From assembly GCA_045649105.1 (NCBI GenBank), contig JAZRPG010000027.1, positions 109,678 to 173,677 of the forward strand: a stretch of 64,000 bases of DNA, given 5' to 3'. Within the stretch, counting starts at the first letter, position 1. Each line of letters begins with the position of its first letter. The translations under genes were made by a program, and so were the position numbers. Of the stretch, positions 41,012 through 50,156 are shown in pieces. The DNA is from Eubacteriales bacterium (GTDB lineage Bacteria > Bacillota > Clostridia > Oscillospirales > JAAYXM01). The notes below the pieces were generated by a model. That model saw nothing but the letters and a program-made list of their open reading frames with translations. It searched no databases and was not told the DNA's origin.

Positions 41012-41040
41012 ATTCTAACACAGTTGATGAAAAATCACAA
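41012..41040 (-). promoter_or_regulatory. Candidate sigma-A promoter for the P-loop gene leader
   Basis: On the minus strand, TTGTGA, 17 nt, then TAGAAT with an extended -10 (TGTTAGAAT). Lies about 20 nt downstream of the pgi stop. Confidence 0.45.
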
Positions 41041-41060
41041 TAATTTTTCTTTATAATTTA

Positions 41061-42389
41061 CTACTTTTTTAAAATCTCTTTTCTGCGGTCCTCAAACCCG
41101 GGCTTTCCGAGCAGGGCGAACATGTTTTTCTTATACGCCTCAACACCCGGCTGGTCAAACGGATTTACTCCGAGCACATATCCCGACAGACCGCATGCAA
41201 ACTCAAAAAAGTATACGAGATATCCAAAGCTTTCAGCATCGGCCTTTGAAACGGATATGCTTATATTCGGTACGCCTCCGTCCTCGTGTGCTATTGTTGT
41301 TCCCTGATATGCGCTCTGATTTACAAAATCGACGCTCTTGCCCGCAAGGTAATTTAATCCGTCAAAATCCTCACTGTCTTCCGGAATTATTATTTCACAC
41401 TTTGGCTTTCCGAGCATTACAACAGTCTCCTGAAGAAATCGCTCGCCCTCCTGAATGTACTGCCCCATCGAGTGCAGGTCAGCAGTAAGCTCTACTGATG
41501 CGGGGAAGATTCCCTTTCCGTCTTTACCTTCGCTTTCGCCGAACAACTGCTTCCACCACTCTGCCATGTACTTAAACTTCGGCTCAAAGGATGCCAGAAT
41601 TTCAACCTTTTTTCCCTTGCAGTACATAGCATTTCTCGCCCCTGCGTATACCCACGCCGGATTTGTGTAATCTGTTGTTCCGGTAAGCTTATCCATAGCT
41701 TTCTTTGCGCCGTGCAGCACCGTGTCAATATCTATTCCGGCAACTGCCATAGGCAGCAGGCCGACCGGAGTAAGCACAGAATATCTGCCTCCGATATCAT
41801 CAGGCACTATGAATGTCTCATATCCTTCTTTGTCCGAAAGACCTCTGAGCGCTCCCCTCGCCTTATCGGTTGTTACATAAATTCTTTTTTTTGCGGCTTC
41901 CTTTCCGTACTTCTTCTCAATCAGCTCCTTAAACAGGCGAAAAGCTACTGCAGGCTCTGTCGTTGTCCCTGATTTCGATATAACATTTATCGAGAAGTCA
42001 CGCTCACCGATGATTTCAACAAGCTCATTAAAATAATCTGTGCTGAGATTATTTCCTGCAAAATATACATCAGGAGTATCTTTTTTTATCTGATTATATG
42101 CGCTTCCGCACACAAAATCAATCGCCGCTCGGGCACCGAGATATGACCCGCCAATACCTATAACCACAAGGACATCAGAATCCGAACGTATTTTTTCAGC
42201 ACAGCTTTTTATTCTTGAAACCTCTTCTGAATCTATTTTCTCCGGAAGCCTTATCCAACCAAGAAAATCTTTTCCCGCACCGTCACCATTAAGTAATGTT
42301 TTGTGCGCAGACTCAAGTTTCGGTAAAAAAGCATTCATTTCCGACTCTGAAATAACATTCTTTGTCCTTGATATATCAATATTAATCAT
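41061..42389 (-). CDS. pgi: Glucose-6-phosphate isomerase
   Basis: Firmicute-type PGI of about 445 aa with [14 protein letters not shown], the SKSGTTTEP motif and GGRYSVLT. I prefer ATG 42389 (GGAGTG 6 nt upstream) over the track GTG 42398. Confidence 0.95.
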   Translation of the reverse strand: MINIDISRTKNVISESEMNAFLPKLESAHKTLLNGDGAGKDFLGWIRLPEKIDSEEVSRIKSCAEKIRSDSDVLVVIGIGGSYLGARAAIDFVCGSAYNQIKKDTPDVYFAGNNLSTDYFNELVEIIGERDFSINVISKSGTTTEPAVAFRLFKELIEKKYGKEAAKKRIYVTTDKARGALRGLSDKEGYETFIVPDDIGGRYSVLTPVGLLPMAVAGIDIDTVLHGAKKAMDKLTGTTDYTNPAWVYAGARNAMYCKGKKVEILASFEPKFKYMAEWWKQLFGESEGKDGKGIFPASVELTADLHSMGQYIQEGERFLQETVVMLGKPKCEIIIPEDSEDFDGLNYLAGKSVDFVNQSAYQGTTIAHEDGGVPNISISVSKADAESFGYLVYFFEFACGLSGYVLGVNPFDQPGVEAYKKNMFALLGKPGFEDRRKEILKK

Positions 42390-42540
42390 TTTTATCACTC
42401 CGGTTCAGTATAACTATATAATATCAATTTTTTCTGTGAAATCAATAAAAAAATGTCGTTTAAAAATTATTTATTGCTTTCTATAATCAAGAAGCCCGCA
42501 GAGCCTTTCTTCTCTGAGGCTTCTTTAAACTTACACACTA

Positions 42541-43572
42541 TTAGGAAAGCATTTGCTTTCTTCTTGAAAGATTAAGAGTTCCGTCCTGCATAGAAGGAAT
42601 ATCGTCAAGTGCCTTACCTGTACCATACACAACACATGACACTGCCTCATCAGCAACGCGCGTGTCTATTCCGGTCTTTGACTGAATGAGCTCTGCAAAT
42701 CCCCAGATGAGAGAGCCTCCGCCTGTCATAACTATTCCGTTCGTTGAAATATCGCCGACAAGCTCAGGCGGTGTGCGCTCAAGTACATTGTGTATCATTT
42801 CAACAATGCGTGATGCCGGCTCATCAAGCGCCTCAAGCATCTCGCTTGATGTAACGGTAAAAATTCTCGGAAGGCCTGTCATAAGACAACGACCCTTGAT
42901 TTCCATAGAAATTTCCTCCGGACGCGGGAAAACGCATCCGATATTAATTTTAAGCTCCTCTGCTGTACGCTCGCCTATCAGGACATTGTGCTTGCGGCGT
43001 ATGTATTTGATGATGTATTCATCAAAATGATCGCCGGCAATTTTGATTGATGATGACTCAACTATATTGGAAAGTGAAATTACGGCAATATCGGTCGTTC
43101 CTCCGCCAATATCAATTACCATGTTACCGTCAGCCTGTGCAATATCGATACCTGCACCTATTGCAGCGGCTATAGGCTCTTCAATAAGATACACACTTCT
43201 GGCTCCTGCCTGACGCCCTGCATCGATAACTGCGCGCTCCTCAACCTCTGTAATTCCGCTGGGGACGCAGATTATTACACGCGGTTTCACAAGGCTGAAT
43301 CCGCCCATAACGCGTCTTATAAAATTCTTTACCATATGCTCTGTCATCTCATAGTCAGAAATGACACCTCCGCGAAGCGGACGTATTGCAATAATGTTTC
43401 CCGGTGTACGACCAAGCATCTTCTGTGCTTCAAGACCAACTTTAAGAACCTTATCTGTTGTCTTATCAACTGCGACAACTGACGGTTCACGAAGAACTAT
43501 TCCCTTTCCTTTTACATAAACGAGGATAGACGCCGTTCCAAGGTCAATGCCTATGTCTCTGCTGAACATCAT
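42541..43572 (-). CDS. mreB: Rod shape-determining protein MreB/Mbl
   Basis: DIGIDLGTASILVY and DIGGGTTDIAVISL actin-fold motifs. I prefer ATG 43572 (AGAGGTGG upstream). The track GTG 43584 lies inside that RBS. Confidence 0.9.
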   Translation of the reverse strand: MMFSRDIGIDLGTASILVYVKGKGIVLREPSVVAVDKTTDKVLKVGLEAQKMLGRTPGNIIAIRPLRGGVISDYEMTEHMVKNFIRRVMGGFSLVKPRVIICVPSGITEVEERAVIDAGRQAGARSVYLIEEPIAAAIGAGIDIAQADGNMVIDIGGGTTDIAVISLSNIVESSSIKIAGDHFDEYIIKYIRRKHNVLIGERTAEELKINIGCVFPRPEEISMEIKGRCLMTGLPRIFTVTSSEMLEALDEPASRIVEMIHNVLERTPPELVGDISTNGIVMTGGGSLIWGFAELIQSKTGIDTRVADEAVSCVVYGTGKALDDIPSMQDGTLNLSRRKQMLS

Positions 43573-43634
43573 TTGAAATACCACCTCTTATTTATTTATA
43601 AATACTATTATACCCTAATTTTCTGATTTTTCAA

Positions 43635-44294
43635 TTACTTTTTTCTCGGACGCGTTTTTGCAACAGTTACGACAAAAACTTCTGCCGCTCCTGCTGTCTT
43701 TAAAACCCTTGCGCACTCTGACACCGTACTTCCGGTAGTAAGAATATCGTCAATAAGAATTATACGCTTTCCTTCAACTGACACATTTCCGGGCACATAC
43801 GCACCTATAATATTTGCTATTCGCCTTGACTTATCCCCCTGCCTTGATTGCGGGGCTGCATCTATGCATTTCCTGAGCGTTCGCACCGGCGGGTCCAAAT
43901 CAAGCTTCCGGCAAACTTCCTCGGCCAGAAGTTTCGCTTGGTCGTACCCTCTGTGCCTCAGCCTTTTTGTACTGAGCGGAACCCACGAAATGATATCATA
44001 GCGCCCGCTGAGATTTATGTTTATACACTCCTCCAGATATTCCGCAAAATCGACTGAGTATTTCTGCAATCCGCCAAACTTATATCTGAGCAGTGCATTT
44101 TTCACATCGCCTTCATAGTGAAAATACGAAAACGCGCCGTCTACAAACTGAATTTCGTCCGAAACCTCACAGCTCATCCTGTAAGGCAGATTTACTTCAC
44201 ACTTATCGCAAACCCCATCCGACTCCATGACGCGTCTGCAGAAAATGCATTTCGGCGGGAAAAGATATTTTTTTATTAATTCAAGAAGCTTCAT
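43635..44294 (-). CDS. comFC: ComF family protein (ComFC-like phosphoribosyltransferase fold)
   Basis: N-terminal Cys pairs (CIFCRR...CDKC) and the C-terminal PRT motif IILIDDILTTGSTV. Confidence 0.8.
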   Translation of the reverse strand: MKLLELIKKYLFPPKCIFCRRVMESDGVCDKCEVNLPYRMSCEVSDEIQFVDGAFSYFHYEGDVKNALLRYKFGGLQKYSVDFAEYLEECININLSGRYDIISWVPLSTKRLRHRGYDQAKLLAEEVCRKLDLDPPVRTLRKCIDAAPQSRQGDKSRRIANIIGAYVPGNVSVEGKRIILIDDILTTGSTVSECARVLKTAGAAEVFVVTVAKTRPRKK

Positions 44295-44316
44295 ACATTA
44301 CCTCCCTCCCAAAAGG

Positions 44317-46527
44317 CTATGCCAAAAGCGCCACTATACGCGCTCTCAACGCGCTGTATCTGTTTCTTTGTTTATTATTTACAACCATGCGTTTTATAAC
44401 ACCATAATCGCCTACTATAACAAGAAGCTCCCGCGCGCGAGTCATAGCAGTATACAATACGCTTCTGTGCAAAAGCACGGGTGCTCCCTCAGACGCCACA
44501 AGCACAACTGCCCGAAACTCGCTGCCCTGAGATTTATGCACCGTCATTGCATATGCAAGCTCAAGCTCCTCAAGCTGTGAGAATGGATAATGCACAAGCT
44601 TTGAGTCAAAATTAACAGTCAGAGTTTCATCTCTTTCGTCTATCCCTATAACCTCGCCTATGTCGCCGTTAAAAATTCCGCAACCAACTTCCCCGCCGAA
44701 CATTTCATACCAGTTTATCGTATAATTGTTCTTTACCTGCATTACACGATCGCCTACGCGAAAAAGCTTATCACCGATGCGCTTTTCATTTTTTGATTCC
44801 TCGCTCGGATTCAAAACACGCTGCAGCTCACGGTTAAGCTCAACTGTCCCTGTCGCGTTTTTTCTGCTCACAGAAAGCACCTGTATCTGTGAGGACGGAA
44901 TGTTCATATTTTTTGGAAGCCTTGTCCTGCAAAGCTCAAGAACGGTCTGCAAAAGCTCCCCTTCATCAGTTTTCTTTATAAAAAACAAATCATTATCACG
45001 TTTTCTGAAATCAGGAATTTCGCCGTGATTTACAGCATGTGCACCTACAATTATATCGCTTTTGGCCGCCTGCCTGAAAATTTTATCAAGAATCACGGTG
45101 TCAAACATTTCAGAATTAAGCAAATCTTTGAATACATTCCCGGGTCCTACCGACGGCAATTGGTCTGCATCTCCGACAAGAATCAACTTACACTTCCCGG
45201 GAAGTGCGTGAAGCGCCGCGCTTATAAGATTTATATCAACCATAGACATCTCATCTATAATGAGTACATCAGTTTCGAGCGGGTTGCTTTCATCCCTTAA
45301 AAACACAGCCTCTCCCACGCCGACATCGTTATATGTCATCTCAAGAAGCCTGTGCAATGTCTTTGCCTCGACGCCGCAAAACTCGCTCATGCGCTTAGCC
45401 GCACGCCCCGTAGGAGCAGCGAGAAGCACCCGCATATGCATGCGCTCAAACGCGGCCAGCATGCCTTTTATAACAGTTGTCTTACCTGTGCCCGGCCCAC
45501 CTGTCAAAAGAAGCACCGGGCTGTTTACAGCCATTTCAATTGCTTTCTTCTGCAAAGGTCCAAACACAATATCACAGTCAGATTCGACTTTTTTTATTAT
45601 CTCCTCGCAATTTAATTTATTATCAGCATTTAAGAACAACATTTCAGACAACTTTTTAGCAACAAATCGCTCAGACTCGTAAAGCTCTGTAAGGTAACAT
45701 GCATTTACACCGCATATCTCTTCCAAAACAATTTCTCCGTCACGCTCAAGCTCATTTACAATGCCATCCAGCTCCTCATATTCTACGCTTATAAGCTGTG
45801 CCGTCGCGGCGCATAGTTTTTCGCGCGGTATAAAACAGTGCCCTGCCTCAGAATTATATCTGAGCTCATATAGTAGCGCCCCGGCAAGCCGCTCTCTTGA
45901 GTTTCCGCCAAAGCCCATATTTATCGCAAGCTTGTCCACCTTATGAAACGGAACACCAAGCTCCGCGCCCGAGAGGATATACGGATTCTCCCTTATTATC
46001 TCATGCGCACGCCTTCCGTAAAGCTTAAAAAGCGTAACGGCGACGCCCGGCTCAAGCCCATTTTCACTCAAAAATTCCATAAGCAGAGACAGCGAATTCT
46101 GCATCTCAAACTCTGTTGCAATTTTCTCTGCCTTCTGCGCTGTAATCCCCGGTATCTCACAAAGCCGCTTCGGCTCATGTTCAATTATATATAGGCTGTC
46201 ATCACCAAAGAGTGCCACTATTTTTTCTGCTGTCTTTTTCCCTATTCCGCGAATGGTGCCTGATGAAAGATACTCAAGAATCATTTCTGCAGAATTAGGC
46301 CTTACTCGGCGAAAGGCAGAAATTTTAAACTGCTCTCCATATGATGCGTGCGAGCCCCAAATCCCCGATGCTTCGATATACTCACCCACTCCGGCATAAG
46401 GTACGCACCCTACGGCAACCGTCTCTCCGCCGTCAGATGTGCGAAGCTTAAGCACCGCATATCCGTTTTTATCATTTTTAAATATAACAGATTCTATAAC
46501 ACCGGATATTACTAATTCTTCAACCAT
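44317..46527 (-). CDS. recD2: RecD2-type ATP-dependent DNA helicase (RecD/TraA family)
   Basis: 736 aa with Walker A GGPGTGKTT, LIIDEMSMVD, LVGDADQLPSVGPG and the C-terminal TVHKSQGSE motif. Confidence 0.9.
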   Translation of the reverse strand: MVEELVISGVIESVIFKNDKNGYAVLKLRTSDGGETVAVGCVPYAGVGEYIEASGIWGSHASYGEQFKISAFRRVRPNSAEMILEYLSSGTIRGIGKKTAEKIVALFGDDSLYIIEHEPKRLCEIPGITAQKAEKIATEFEMQNSLSLLMEFLSENGLEPGVAVTLFKLYGRRAHEIIRENPYILSGAELGVPFHKVDKLAINMGFGGNSRERLAGALLYELRYNSEAGHCFIPREKLCAATAQLISVEYEELDGIVNELERDGEIVLEEICGVNACYLTELYESERFVAKKLSEMLFLNADNKLNCEEIIKKVESDCDIVFGPLQKKAIEMAVNSPVLLLTGGPGTGKTTVIKGMLAAFERMHMRVLLAAPTGRAAKRMSEFCGVEAKTLHRLLEMTYNDVGVGEAVFLRDESNPLETDVLIIDEMSMVDINLISAALHALPGKCKLILVGDADQLPSVGPGNVFKDLLNSEMFDTVILDKIFRQAAKSDIIVGAHAVNHGEIPDFRKRDNDLFFIKKTDEGELLQTVLELCRTRLPKNMNIPSSQIQVLSVSRKNATGTVELNRELQRVLNPSEESKNEKRIGDKLFRVGDRVMQVKNNYTINWYEMFGGEVGCGIFNGDIGEVIGIDERDETLTVNFDSKLVHYPFSQLEELELAYAMTVHKSQGSEFRAVVLVASEGAPVLLHRSVLYTAMTRARELLVIVGDYGVIKRMVVNNKQRNRYSALRARIVALLA

Positions 46528-46536
46528 AATGAAACC

Positions 46537-46863
46537 TCATATACTGCTGCTTATATATTCCTCAAGCTTTGATAAACCGAGCAGAACACAATCCTCTGAC
46601 ATTTTTTCTGCATATTGGCGCTCGCTGTCGCTCATTCCGCAATCAGCGATAATTATTTCTGCACTTTTGCAGCTCTTTTTTGCTATGTATGCTGCGTTTT
46701 CTATATTTTTTGTATTTTCGTCCGCAACAAGCACGAGAAATTCTTTAGGCCGCGGGACTCCGCCATTTGTCATAAGACAGCAAAACCCACGCCTTAAAAG
46801 AAAAAGAATAAAAAGAGCAGTAAGAGATGCCGCAAGAGCATCTGCCGCAATTTCCAAATACAT
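46537..46863 (-). CDS. Hypothetical membrane-anchored small protein
   Basis: 108 aa with GAGGTG RBS upstream, one N-terminal TM helix and a soluble domain of about 70 aa. Its stop is 9 nt from the recD2 start. Confidence 0.4.
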   Translation of the reverse strand: MYLEIAADALAASLTALFILFLLRRGFCCLMTNGGVPRPKEFLVLVADENTKNIENAAYIAKKSCKSAEIIIADCGMSDSERQYAEKMSEDCVLLGLSKLEEYISSSI

Positions 46864-46965
46864 AAAAACACCTCGGTATATTTTATGTATTTGCCAAATA
46901 TATGTTCAGAAATTTACAGGTTTCTTTAATTATAACAGTATTCGCCAAAATAAACAAGGGTAATA

Positions 46966-47008
46966 TAAAAACGCTCCGACAGGCCCGAAACATCGGCCCG
47001 TCGGAGCT
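46966..47008 (-). terminator. Rho-independent terminator of ribU
   Basis: On the minus strand, GCTCCGACGGGCC-GATGTTTC-GGGCCTGTCGGAGC is followed by GTTTTT. Confidence 0.65.
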
Positions 47009-47017
47009 TACTCTTCA

Positions 47018-47557
47018 CTATTTTTCTATAAATTTGTTTAACTCTCTATGTACATATTTGTATAAAACAGCAGTCAGAATTGAATTTAATCCCGCCTTAA
47101 ATAAATTAAATGCAATTATATACGGCAGAAGCCCTACTACGACAGCTCTCGGAACGCCCATATGAATAGGAGTCATAACAAGATTCCAGATAACCATGAC
47201 ACCGGTCATGACAAGAGTTCCAAAAAGAAGCGCTGCATATCCGCGAACACGCGTCTTTTTCTTATTGTAGATAATACCTGCACAGATAACAAAGCTGCCC
47301 GTCGCTACTATATGCATTACTATGCCTATAATCCCGCTCTGTGCACTCACGGTAAAGCCTTGTATCACTGATACAACCACTGTCAGCAGAAGTCCGGGAA
47401 CGGTACCGAATGCAAAGGTTGAGATAAAAATCGGTATATCTGCCGGGTCGTATTCAAGAAACTCGACTTGCGGAAATACGGAAAACCTGATGAGCATTAT
47501 CCCGACTATTGATATTGCTGCAAAAATTCCGAGTGCGACTATTTTTTTCAGTTTCAT
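47018..47557 (-). CDS. ribU: ECF transporter S component, riboflavin-specific (RibU) by riboswitch association
   Basis: Starts at ATG 47557 (MKLKKIVALGIFAAISIVG) and has six TM segments. The FMN riboswitch lies directly upstream. The track start 47617 reads through the riboswitch terminator. Confidence 0.8.
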   Translation of the reverse strand: MKLKKIVALGIFAAISIVGIMLIRFSVFPQVEFLEYDPADIPIFISTFAFGTVPGLLLTVVVSVIQGFTVSAQSGIIGIVMHIVATGSFVICAGIIYNKKKTRVRGYAALLFGTLVMTGVMVIWNLVMTPIHMGVPRAVVVGLLPYIIAFNLFKAGLNSILTAVLYKYVHRELNKFIEK

Positions 47558-47570
47558 ATTCTTTTTCCCC

Positions 47571-47614
47571 CAAAAAATAACTGCCCCGACTATCAATAAA
47601 GATAATCGGGGCAG
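47571..47614 (-). terminator. FMN riboswitch expression-platform terminator
   Basis: On the minus strand, CTGCCCCGA ... TCGGGGCAG is followed by TTATTTTTT, ending about 13 nt before the ribU ATG. Confidence 0.8.
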
Positions 47615-47632
47615 CAAAATTACAACACTATA

Positions 47633-47766
47633 CCTATCTTCTCGTATCCGGACTATACCGTCGGCGTCGGAATCATACCGAACTCAACTGCAATGCAGCT
47701 CGCGGGCTTGTTAGAAATAATCTACATTACCGCCGGTGGGGATTTGCACCCCGCCCCGAAGATGTT
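47633..47766 (-). ncRNA. FMN riboswitch (RFN element) aptamer
   Basis: The minus strand reads ATCTTCGGGGCGGGGTGCAAATCCCCACCGGCGGTAA...AGCCCGCGAGC...TTCGGTATGATTCCGACGCCGACGGTATAGTCCGGATACGAGAAGATAGG. This matches the conserved RFN core blocks. Confidence 0.9.
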
Positions 47767-47784
47767 ACTAAACCTTATATAATG

Positions 47785-47812
47785 ATTATATCACGTATAT
47801 AAAAAAATGCAA
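47785..47812 (-). promoter_or_regulatory. Candidate sigma-A promoter of the FMN riboswitch-ribU unit
   Basis: On the minus strand, TTGCAT, 16 nt, then TATAAT with an extended -10 (TGATATAAT). Confidence 0.55.
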
Positions 47813-47939
47813 TACCCTTTTTAATATTATGCTGTTTTTAAACAAGCCTGACTTTTTATAACGTTTTACAAATTCTTAACCATTTCGTCTCAAAATGGTG
47901 TATAATATAAAAAAGCATAATAAAAGGAGGGTAAAGCAC

Positions 47940-48644
47940 ATGCCACTTCATGTCCTTATTATAGAGGATGACCCGAATATTGCAGAGCTTATACGACTAT
48001 ATCTTGAAAAAGAGGGTTTTACGGTTACCATTGCGGCGGACGGAAAACTCGGCGTATCTACCTTCTTTAAAATAAATCCCGCTATCGTTCTTTTAGATAT
48101 AATGCTCCCCGGAATGGACGGCTGGGATGTTTGCCGCGAAATACGCAAGAGCAGCAGTACCCCTATAATTATGCTCACTGCAAAGGACGAGACTATAGAC
48201 AAAGTAACCGGACTTGAGCTCGGCGCCGACGATTACATCTCAAAGCCATTTGAAATGAAAGAGGTAATCGCAAGGATACACGCTGTACTCAGGCGGTACG
48301 AGCCCGGCCAGGCAGCAGCTGACAATGCGGATGTTAAAACATTTGATAATCTTATAATTGACATATCCGCTTATGAAGTCCGCATCTGCGGCGAAAAGGT
48401 CGACATGCCTCCAAAAGAATTTGAGCTTCTTTATTATCTCGCCTCCCATCCAAACAAAGTTTTTACCAGAAACCAGCTCCTTGACGACGTTTGGGGGTTT
48501 GAGTATTTCGGCGACTCACGCACGGTAGATGTGCATGTAAAGCGCCTGAGAGAAAAAATAAACGGTGCGAGCGATAAATGGTCGTTAAAAACTGTCTGGG
48601 GCGTTGGTTATAAGTTTGAGTTAATACGAGACGGACAAGGGTGA
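47940..48644 (+). CDS. OmpR-family response regulator
   Basis: ATG 47940 with AAGGAGGG upstream. Receiver domain (VLIIEDD ... LLDIMLPGMDG ... MLTAK) plus a winged-helix domain (VWGFEYFGDSRTVDVHVKRLREKI). Confidence 0.9.
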   Translation: MPLHVLIIEDDPNIAELIRLYLEKEGFTVTIAADGKLGVSTFFKINPAIVLLDIMLPGMDGWDVCREIRKSSSTPIIMLTAKDETIDKVTGLELGADDYISKPFEMKEVIARIHAVLRRYEPGQAAADNADVKTFDNLIIDISAYEVRICGEKVDMPPKEFELLYYLASHPNKVFTRNQLLDDVWGFEYFGDSRTVDVHVKRLREKINGASDKWSLKTVWGVGYKFELIRDGQG

Positions 48645-48648
48645 TTTT

Positions 48649-50073
48649 GTGAAGCTCCTATATAAGTATTTTCTGATGACAGCCGTGCCTCTTATCATCT
48701 GTCTTATCATCATCGGTATGGGGCTTTCTTTTCAGATGTATGACTATTCCGTATCTGAGAAGCACGAAACTCTCGGGCGGGCTGCCGAGCGCATCTCTGA
48801 CCTTACGTATGACCTTTATCGCAACCATACCATAACGCGTGAGCAAATGCTCAAAAAAATACTTACTTCAATGACCGATAACGGAAAAATACATGTTATC
48901 ATATGCGATTCCCGCGGTCAGATTTTTCTTACATCCGACATCTACGGAAATAAATATATGGGCAGTTATGTCAACGAAAGTATTCTCAAAAAGACAGAAA
49001 AGTCAGAAGAATTCACCTCTATCGGTACTCTTGACGGGCTATACTCGGGTAACAATTTTACTGTAGGGCTTGCCACCCGTACCGAAACCGGCTCAACCAT
49101 TGCATATATTTATGTGACAACATCTGTCGAAAATGTCAGAACCCTTATGTCGTATGTAATAGACCTGTTTATGCTGATTTCCGTAATCGTCTTTCTTATG
49201 ACAGCGGCGGCATCATATTTTATAGTACGCCGTATGACACGCCCTCTAAACCTTATTTCACAGGCATCGCGCAGCTTTGCAATGGGTGATTTCAAAAAGC
49301 GCGTGCCCGTACAGTCAAACGATGAAATAGGAGAGCTTTCCGCCGCGTTCAACAACATGGCAGACTCGCTTGAAAAGTCTGAGGAATTGCGCCGCAGCTT
49401 TGTTGCAAACGTGTCACATGAGCTTCGTTCACCAATGACATCAATAAGCGGTTTTGTCGACGGAATTCTGGACGGCACCATTCCGAAAGAGCGTGAGACG
49501 CATTATCTGAAAATAGTGTCCGACGAGGTTCACAGGCTCTCGCGTCTTGTCAGCAGAATGCTTGATATAACCGTCCTTCAGGGCACCGATATTACAGCAC
49601 AAAGCATTGAGTTTGATTTCTGTGAGCTTTTACGGCGCGCGGCAATCAGCCTTGAGCAGAGGGTTGAAGAAAAAAATCTCACACTTAATATACAAATGCC
49701 CCCGGGAAGAATAATTGCCTTTGCAAATGAGGATTCTCTTTTCCAGGCTATTTATAATTTAATTGATAATGCAATAAAATTTTCAGAACCCGGCGCAGTT
49801 ATAGATATCAACATCACTCTGCGCAGCGAAAAAATCAGCTTTTCTGTCAGAAACTACGGTGTGGAAATACCAAAAGAGCAGCTTATGTATGTGTTTGACA
49901 GATTCCACAAGGCTGATAACTCACGCTCAAAGGACAAGAGCGGACTCGGGCTCGGACTGTATATTACAAAAACGATTGTAAACCAGCATCGCGGTATAAT
50001 CCAAGCCGCAAGTAAAGACGGATATACTGAGTTTTCCTTTACAATCCCGCTTCGTCAGCCTGAAAATAATTAA
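48649..50073 (+). CDS. Sensor histidine kinase (two TM, HAMP, HisKA, HATPase_c)
   Basis: H-box FVANVSHELRSPMTSI, N-box NLIDNAIKFS and G-box SGLGLGLYITK. Confidence 0.85.
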   Translation: MKLLYKYFLMTAVPLIICLIIIGMGLSFQMYDYSVSEKHETLGRAAERISDLTYDLYRNHTITREQMLKKILTSMTDNGKIHVIICDSRGQIFLTSDIYGNKYMGSYVNESILKKTEKSEEFTSIGTLDGLYSGNNFTVGLATRTETGSTIAYIYVTTSVENVRTLMSYVIDLFMLISVIVFLMTAAASYFIVRRMTRPLNLISQASRSFAMGDFKKRVPVQSNDEIGELSAAFNNMADSLEKSEELRRSFVANVSHELRSPMTSISGFVDGILDGTIPKERETHYLKIVSDEVHRLSRLVSRMLDITVLQGTDITAQSIEFDFCELLRRAAISLEQRVEEKNLTLNIQMPPGRIIAFANEDSLFQAIYNLIDNAIKFSEPGAVIDINITLRSEKISFSVRNYGVEIPKEQLMYVFDRFHKADNSRSKDKSGLGLGLYITKTIVNQHRGIIQAASKDGYTEFSFTIPLRQPENN

Positions 50074-50156
50074 TAAACACTTTACAAATAAGTCATAATA
50101 TCTTATCTTTTTATTGATACACTATATTCAAGTATTTGACAAGGAGGAATCCTACA

